Below are positions 57,270 to 64,000 of a stretch of DNA of 64,000 bases, one piece after another. A program made the position numbers and the translations under genes. This DNA is from Octopus vulgaris (lineage: Eukaryota). Under the pieces are notes generated by a model. The model was given only the letters and a program-made list of their open reading frames with translations. It was not told the DNA's origin and did not search any database. The DNA is taken from the NCBI GenBank assembly GCA_951406725.2, contig OX597817.1:82088001-82152000 (forward strand), read 5' to 3'. How positions within the stretch are numbered: position 1 is the stretch's first letter; each line of letters opens with the position of its first letter.

Positions 57270-57823
57270 GCCCTAATGCAGTACCAGGCAGTGGCTCTCA
57301 TGGCTTCTGATCTTAACTGATTGGAAGTGTTATCATGTACATTGTTTTGTCTTGGCATAAAAGATGGGCTACAGCAGATATTCTGCTCAATACCACAGAT
57401 TTGCTTGTCAGTTGTTTGACCTTAACCAGTTGAGCATGTCCCTAAGTGGCTGACGATATGTGCATCTCTGATCACGAGCAGAAATAGAGAGGGAGCATCA
57501 TAGCCATGTGTTGAGAGGGATTCTTTGGGGTTTGAATAATTCACCTCTGGAAACATGGCTGGTTCTTTCAACATCCTTAAACAACCCTTATTCTGGGACC
57601 TTTTGAGCGGGATGGGCTACTCAACCTGAAGAAAATTCTAACTGGGCCCCACCTGCAAGGTCATGTGCTGTTTATCTTGATATGAGATCACCATGTCGCG
57701 CACATATGGTTGTGATGCATGTGCCTGGTGTACCCTTATCAGACGGGTAGTCATGATGGGTATATTGGGCTTCGTATATTTTACCCCAGTGTCACTTTGA
57801 TGGCATGCACTGCTCTCTCACTC
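57268..57823 (-). repeat. Interspersed repeat of about 550 bp associated with (TAA)n; diverged copies at about 32880-33290, 56000-56475 and 56690-57185
   Basis: Direct similarity among four copies in the window, each next to (TAA)n or (ATA)n; no intact ORF; strand is tentative. Confidence 0.7.
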
Positions 57824-57905
<82 letters not shown>

Positions 57906-57906
57906 T

Positions 57907-58376
57907 GTGAAAGACCAAAACAATAAAGTTTGCTTATTGATTGACATGAGCATCCCCTGTGATCATAATATCTCAGCGAAAGAGTTTGACAAGCTCAGAA
58001 AATATAAAGACTTACTCATTGAAATTGAGAAAATGTGGCATCTCAAGGCGGTTACAATACCAGTGATCGTAGGAGCACTAGGAATGATCAAGAAGGGAAC
58101 CGAAAATTATATGAGAATGATCCCTGGCTTACCATCCCTGCAAGAAGTGCAAAAGATTGTCTTAACTGGTACATCACACGTATTGAGAAGAGCATTGTCG
58201 ATGTGAGAACTGTTGCTGCTCATGTATTTTAATTTAACTTAAAAAAAAAAAAATTAAATGAACGAACTATTGAGTTTGGTTTAATGGCCTACCAATGAAT
58301 ACTATGAGTTTCTTTGCCCTAGGAGTCGGGAAGACACTCGGCAAGAAATGGAAGCAAATTTGAAAGAAGAAAAAAA

Positions 58377-58431
<55 letters not shown>

Positions 58432-58432
58432 C

Positions 58433-58474
<42 letters not shown>

Positions 58475-58615
58475 TTTAAAAAAATAAAAAAAAGAACGAA
58501 CTATTGAGTTTGGTTTAATGGCCTACCAATGTATACTATGAGTTTCTTTGCCCTAGGAGTCGGGAAGACACTCGGCAAGAAATGGAAGCAAATTTGAAAG
58601 AAGAAACAAAATGTA
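57907..58615 (+). mobile_element. R4/Dong-like non-LTR retrotransposon 3' end in (TAA)n with duplicated 3' UTR
   Basis: LIDMSIP.D......E.DK..KY.DL..EI..MW......PVIVGALG (RLE domain); 3' UTR present twice (about 58240-58378 and 58476-58615); (TAA)n flanks. Confidence 0.8.
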
Positions 58616-59186
58616 ATAATAATAATAATAATAACAATAACAATATTTCGAAACCATTATTATTTTATCTATAAATTAATGCGCTATGGTCGAATGCATT
58701 ACGTGATTAGTTGAAGGGAGAAACGAAGAGTGAGACAAAAAGAGGGAGAGAAATGTGTTAACGCTGTGAGGTAGGGTGAGAATAATAGTTATTACGTGGT
58801 TAAAAAGTTAGATGAAGGGAGGGATCTATACAGAGTTAGAAACACAAGGCTTAGCAGAGTAATGATGTTCTTGTGTTGAGGTTAGGAAAATACAGGTAGA
58901 AAGATAGAAACAAGAGGGAAATTTTAGGAAGAATGAGATGCGGATATATTGAGGGTAGTGACGCAATACCAGCCAATGCTTTACGTTGTCACATAGTGAG
59001 AAGAGAAAAGAAAGAGAAAGAGAAATGATAACGGTGTGAAGAGGGGAATTACACGGTCAAAAAAATTGCTGAAGCTAGAGGTAGAGAGAAAGAGTGAGAG
59101 AGAAATACATATAAAGTGGGAAATTTTTAAACAGTATATATTACTGTGACTGACAAGAAAATAACATTTTAATATTCAGTCTTTTA

Positions 59187-59286
<100 letters not shown>

Positions 59287-59859
59287 GACATTGACAAATA
59301 CATCGATGAGTGGATGGTGGAAAGAAGTCTTGTATTGGATATATTAATAAAAGTATTACAGACAGAAAGATGGATTGGTTTCAAACGACAACAGGACTAA
59401 TGGAATGTTACTACAGAAGGAAACTTGCAAAATAGGATACACGAAAAGGATGTGCAAAATATAGATAGTGGAAGACACCCTATTTCACAAAACAAAGACT
59501 TCTAATCCAGAAAATTTAATCGGGAAAAGACAGTGGCTATCCCAGTTTGAACTGGAAGAGATCTACACAACAATGAAAGAATAAAAACACGAATACGTAG
59601 AACAAGAAGAGGAAACTAAAAAACAAAATAGTAGGAGGTCCAATAAGCTAGCAGGAGAGAAATAACAAACCGGTTGAAAACAAATTTTACTTTGTGGAAG
59701 GAAAGGATGTTCCAGAGGGGGAAAGGAGCTTACTTGAACAATTAAAAGAAATTTCAAGTTTTGAGAGGAATCGAAAGAGAAAACTACGGATTGCAGTAAA
59801 GTAGATGAGCGAGCTGTTCATAAGATTTCACACATCAAGATTATTTTACAAATATATTG

Positions 59860-61150
59860 GGGTGCAGTTTGTAGTAAATAAATGTGAAATGTCATAAATT
59901 CTAATGGTCTAAAATTAACGAAAGATGATATTAGTTCTCTGAGAAATAATGAGGGGTACAGTAGAATAATGAAAGGAGAAATACGAAAGAAAATCTCCAA
60001 ATAATCCAAGAGAAGGATTAGAAGGATGCTCGAAACAATATTAAAATAAAGATTTATTATCAAATCAAAGAATACATGGGCCATGCCAGTTTTTATATAC
60101 CCTCCTACTTTTCTAAAAGTGGATTAAGAGAGAGCTACTTAAACAGGGCCGGAAACTGCTTACAATGCACAACACACAACACTCTGAAAGGAATATTGAT
60201 AAGCGGCATCTACCATGAAGAAAAAGAGGCAGAGGTTTGCTAAACGGAGAAGACTTATTGAAAAACTATGTTGCACGTAGTGAAGAAAGAATAGTATTAA
60301 CGGCTAGAAATATACAAGTTATTGAAACTCTAGGAGAAGTCAAGAATTGAAGGAACAATAACAAAATCAGTAGTTAGTAAGAGAAGTGTTTACATGGCCG
60401 GTTCATGCAACAAACAGAATCTTAGTTGTAAAGAAAGCTGGTTGTGATTGACTGATGAAAACCTAAAGCGAAAGACTAAAGAACTAATTATAGCCGTTCA
60501 AGAACGAGTTATTAGAACGAATTGGATGAAAGCAAAGATTGATAGAATTTAGTCAGAGTAGATGCAGAATCTGTGGGTTAGGTTTATGAAAGTATGAATT
60601 GTCTCTTGAATAAATGCAGTAATTTAGCACAAAAAGAGCATAAGCGCAGGCGTCACTGCATCAGTAAAAGAGTGCATCGAAAAGTTAACCGAGTGTGTGG
60701 ATTCAAAATAGCAGAAAGTGGCATGAACACAAACCAGAAGCTCTCTTCGAGGATAGCAATTACTAGATTTTATGGGATTCCCCATATAGACTGACCATAC
60801 TATTGAAGAAGACTAGATAAGATTGTAGAAGACAAGAAAATTAATAAAAAAAATCAAGCAAACACTAAGATTCTAAACTTTGCAATAACATATAATAATA
60901 GAGCGGATAACAAAGAAACTGAGAAAAATATGAAACATCAGGGCCTTGCCAGAAAAATGCTGAGATTATAGACGACCAAAATGACAGTTATTCTTCTGGT
61001 ATTTAGTGCACCTGCAAAAACTTTCAAACTGCTAAGAGGCTGAAGAATATTAGAATTGAGTCTCGCATTGTCGAGGTGCACAAAAGTGCCATCTCGTATT
61101 CTGCAAAAATCATGACAGAGATTGTTGAGATTAGAGGAGACTTGTTAGCA
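59860..61150 (+). mobile_element. Heavily decayed R4/Dong-like LINE fragment
   Basis: Fragmentary IIAVQERVIRTN, CRIC, CSNLAQKEHKRRRH, ILWD and RLE-like motifs broken by stops and frameshifts. Confidence 0.6.
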
Positions 61151-61933
61151 AAGCGCAAGGCAAAATCCTTGCTAACTAATGTATGTAATAATATAAATAA
61201 CAATGTTTTCAAATTTTGGCACAAGGGCAATAATTTGAGGAGAGTTTTACTTAATACACTGACACCAGTACTCGACTGGTACTTTATTTTATCAATTCCA
61301 AAAGGATGAAAGGCAACGTTGACCTTGGTGGTATTCGAATTCTAAACGTAATGAACCGGAAGAAATGATACTAAGTAAGTTGTCCGACGCGCTAACGAGT
61401 CTACAAGCTTGATGATCATGATAATAATCCTTCCTACTAAAGGCACAAAGCCTGAAATTTTTGGCGAGGGAACTAGTCGATTATATTGACCCCATTGTTT
61501 GACTAGTGCTCAAATTATCTTCACTGAAAGGATGAAAGACAAAGTCGACCTCGGCGGAATTTGAACTCAAAACGTAAAGACTAACGAAATGCCTATTTCT
61601 TTACTACCCACAAGGAGCTAACACACAGAGAAGACAAACAAGGACAGACAAACGGATTAAGTCGATTATATCGACCCCAATGCGTAACTGGTTCTTATTT
61701 AATCGACCCCGAAAGGATAAAAGGCAAAGCCGACCGCGATGGAATTTGAACTCAAAACGGAAAGACTAACGAAATGCCATTAAGCATTTTGTCCGTTAAG
61801 CAAACAATTCAGTGAGCTCGTGACAACTGATTGCATTTATAATATGTTTAAAAATATATATTCAACAATCTAACATATACTTGTAATGCACATATAACCA
61901 GTATAAATAATATATATGTATATAAATATATAC

Positions 61934-62033
61934 CTGCTGAATCATCTTCGACTGCGACACCTGATGGGATTGTGGATGTAAAAGTTATTAAAAATAAACA
62001 TATTAACCCAGAAGCAACGCAGACAAGCTTCAT
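61934..62033 (-). CDS. Multi-VWA secreted protein, probable first coding exon (signal peptide)
   Basis: ATG at 62033 gives MKLVCVASGLICLFLITFTSTIPSGVAVEDDSA (basic residue, hydrophobic core, polar region). Ends G|gtatat in phase 1, matching the next VWA exon. A candidate acceptor (ttcacag) at about 62054 suggests an upstream UTR exon. Confidence 0.65.
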
Positions 62034-62948
62034 TTTAGAGAGTCTGCTGCTGTCTGTGAATAATTGTTTGTATCAAGCTAGTTAAATAGATGTTAGAAGT
62101 AGTATAACTGTTATCTTTAATTTGGTTTAAGTATCTGACTTATCAGTTATATCACTTTGCACACAAAGATACCTTGATTACTTCACCACTCGAAATGCAA
62201 CGAAACATGCATATTATGTTTGTACATGTTGGGTCAAGAGTATACAGGATGTTCATAGGAACGTGAACAATTATATCAATATGCTATTTACATTAAACAC
62301 CCAAAATATATTGGAACTCGAAAAATTAGTAACCGACATATTTTACCCTGAGAAGTTGACCTGAGAAGTCAATATTGCATGTGAATAAGTACAGCGAGAT
62401 CACTGGTTCTTTATGGATGATGTACATAAATTTATAAATTCTTGCTGATACAATTCAACAAGATTTATTTCTAAGTCAAGACAATTCACTCAGAGGCACC
62501 AATACTGGAAATGCTGTGTTGAGGTTTATGATGTAGGTCACCTGAAATGGCTATATTTACAAGTTGTAGTCATGATAATTATATAGTGGCAAGATTACGT
62601 AAAAATGTATTACTGATATTGTATATTATGTATAGTTGATATTTTCATATTAACTATATAACATGAATGAAATTAATAATAAATCTCTGAGCGAGGTATG
62701 AACAGTAGCTGCACAACATCGTGAAGTAAATTTGTCACTTAACTGTGGCTAACCCCTAAGGGTGGATGCTACTGTAGCTTGTAGCCCCTGGAGGACACCT
62801 CCTCTAGCTGGCTATTGACACACTTTCTTTTTGCCCTATCAGTATTTGCAAAGGGACGCCATCCTTCCCATCTTCAACCTGTGAATGAAATTGTTTTTGT
62901 TTGCATATACGAATAATGTTGTGTATGCAAGTTGTACCGCGTGAAAAG

Positions 62949-63014
<66 letters not shown>

Positions 63015-63016
63015 CC

Positions 63017-63055
<39 letters not shown>

Positions 63056-63660
63056 ACTACTTAGAATACAATGCCAGAATTTTGGGGACATACTGGAAAA
63101 GATAATTACTGAGTTGAACAACATTAATAATATTTGTTGTTTAATGAATGGCTTTTTTGTAGGCCGGATTGGAAAATATTGCGGAAAGCGACCAGACGTT
63201 GTCACAGAAAGGCCACCTATTTCAAGGAACAAACAAAATACTTTGTTTAGTAAGTAAGGTAGGAAATAGACTTCGATTATAACCTCGTATAGGCAGTCTA
63301 CCTTTCAAAATATTTACAATCAATAATGTTGTGAATGATTATATTAAAGATAAAATTCGAAAATAATTAAAAAGTGAACAATATCCATAGCTTAAAGCTC
63401 TGCTGTAATTTGTTGCAATACTTCATTGGCGTTTATAATATTTGAGTTTACAGAAACGATATAATTTTTAACTATGCCAAGGTCAATTTTAGTTTATGCT
63501 TTTTTTTTTAAATCTGCATTTCTGGTTCGGAAAAATATTTGCTATTCTTCAGATAATATATAGCTTGCCCATAAAAAAGACGTTCTACTGTGTTAGTTAT
63601 GACTTTGCTCCGTTATTGATTATATTACAAATTTTGGAACGATATATCAATATCTATCTA

Positions 63661-63707
<47 letters not shown>

Positions 63708-63861
63708 GCCTGCCTATCAGTCTGTCTGTATACACACACAAACACACACACACACACACATATATTTATACATTTATACATGCATATACATCTGTATGTT
63801 TGTCTGTGTGTAAGTAGCATGTATGTATGTATTTTAAATATATATTATCTATCTGTATATA

Positions 63862-63911
<50 letters not shown>

Positions 63912-64000
63912 GTATGTATGAGTTAGAGGTGAAGTAACCATCTAAGGGATATTAAATATCCAATATACTACTGGATGTATACCGACGTATTTATATCCAA

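Overview
Eukaryotic, AT-rich, microsatellite- and transposon-dense DNA. The SINE-like repeats look like those of an octopus (inference). One minus-strand gene spans almost the whole window. I reconstructed 12 coding exons with canonical GT-AG boundaries and consistent phases. They encode a signal peptide and at least five tandem von Willebrand factor A (VWA) domains with MIDAS motifs, joined by 30-42 nt linker microexons, and the gene runs off the left edge. The introns hold tRNA-type SINEs, a Penelope-like retroelement (RT plus GIY-YIG) with inverted pseudo-LTRs, RTE, R4/Dong and CRE-like LINE fragments, a decayed Tc1/mariner, non-autonomous Helitrons and foldback elements. The main unannotated signal is eight hammerhead-ribozyme-like motifs from five unrelated repeats. 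Six lie in the single intron that splits VWA4, and three of those come from a retrozyme-like 480-bp tandem array. In that intron the sense-strand ribozymes are all preceded in the pre-mRNA by antisense sequence that could pair with them. All folds were read by eye and none has been tested for activity.
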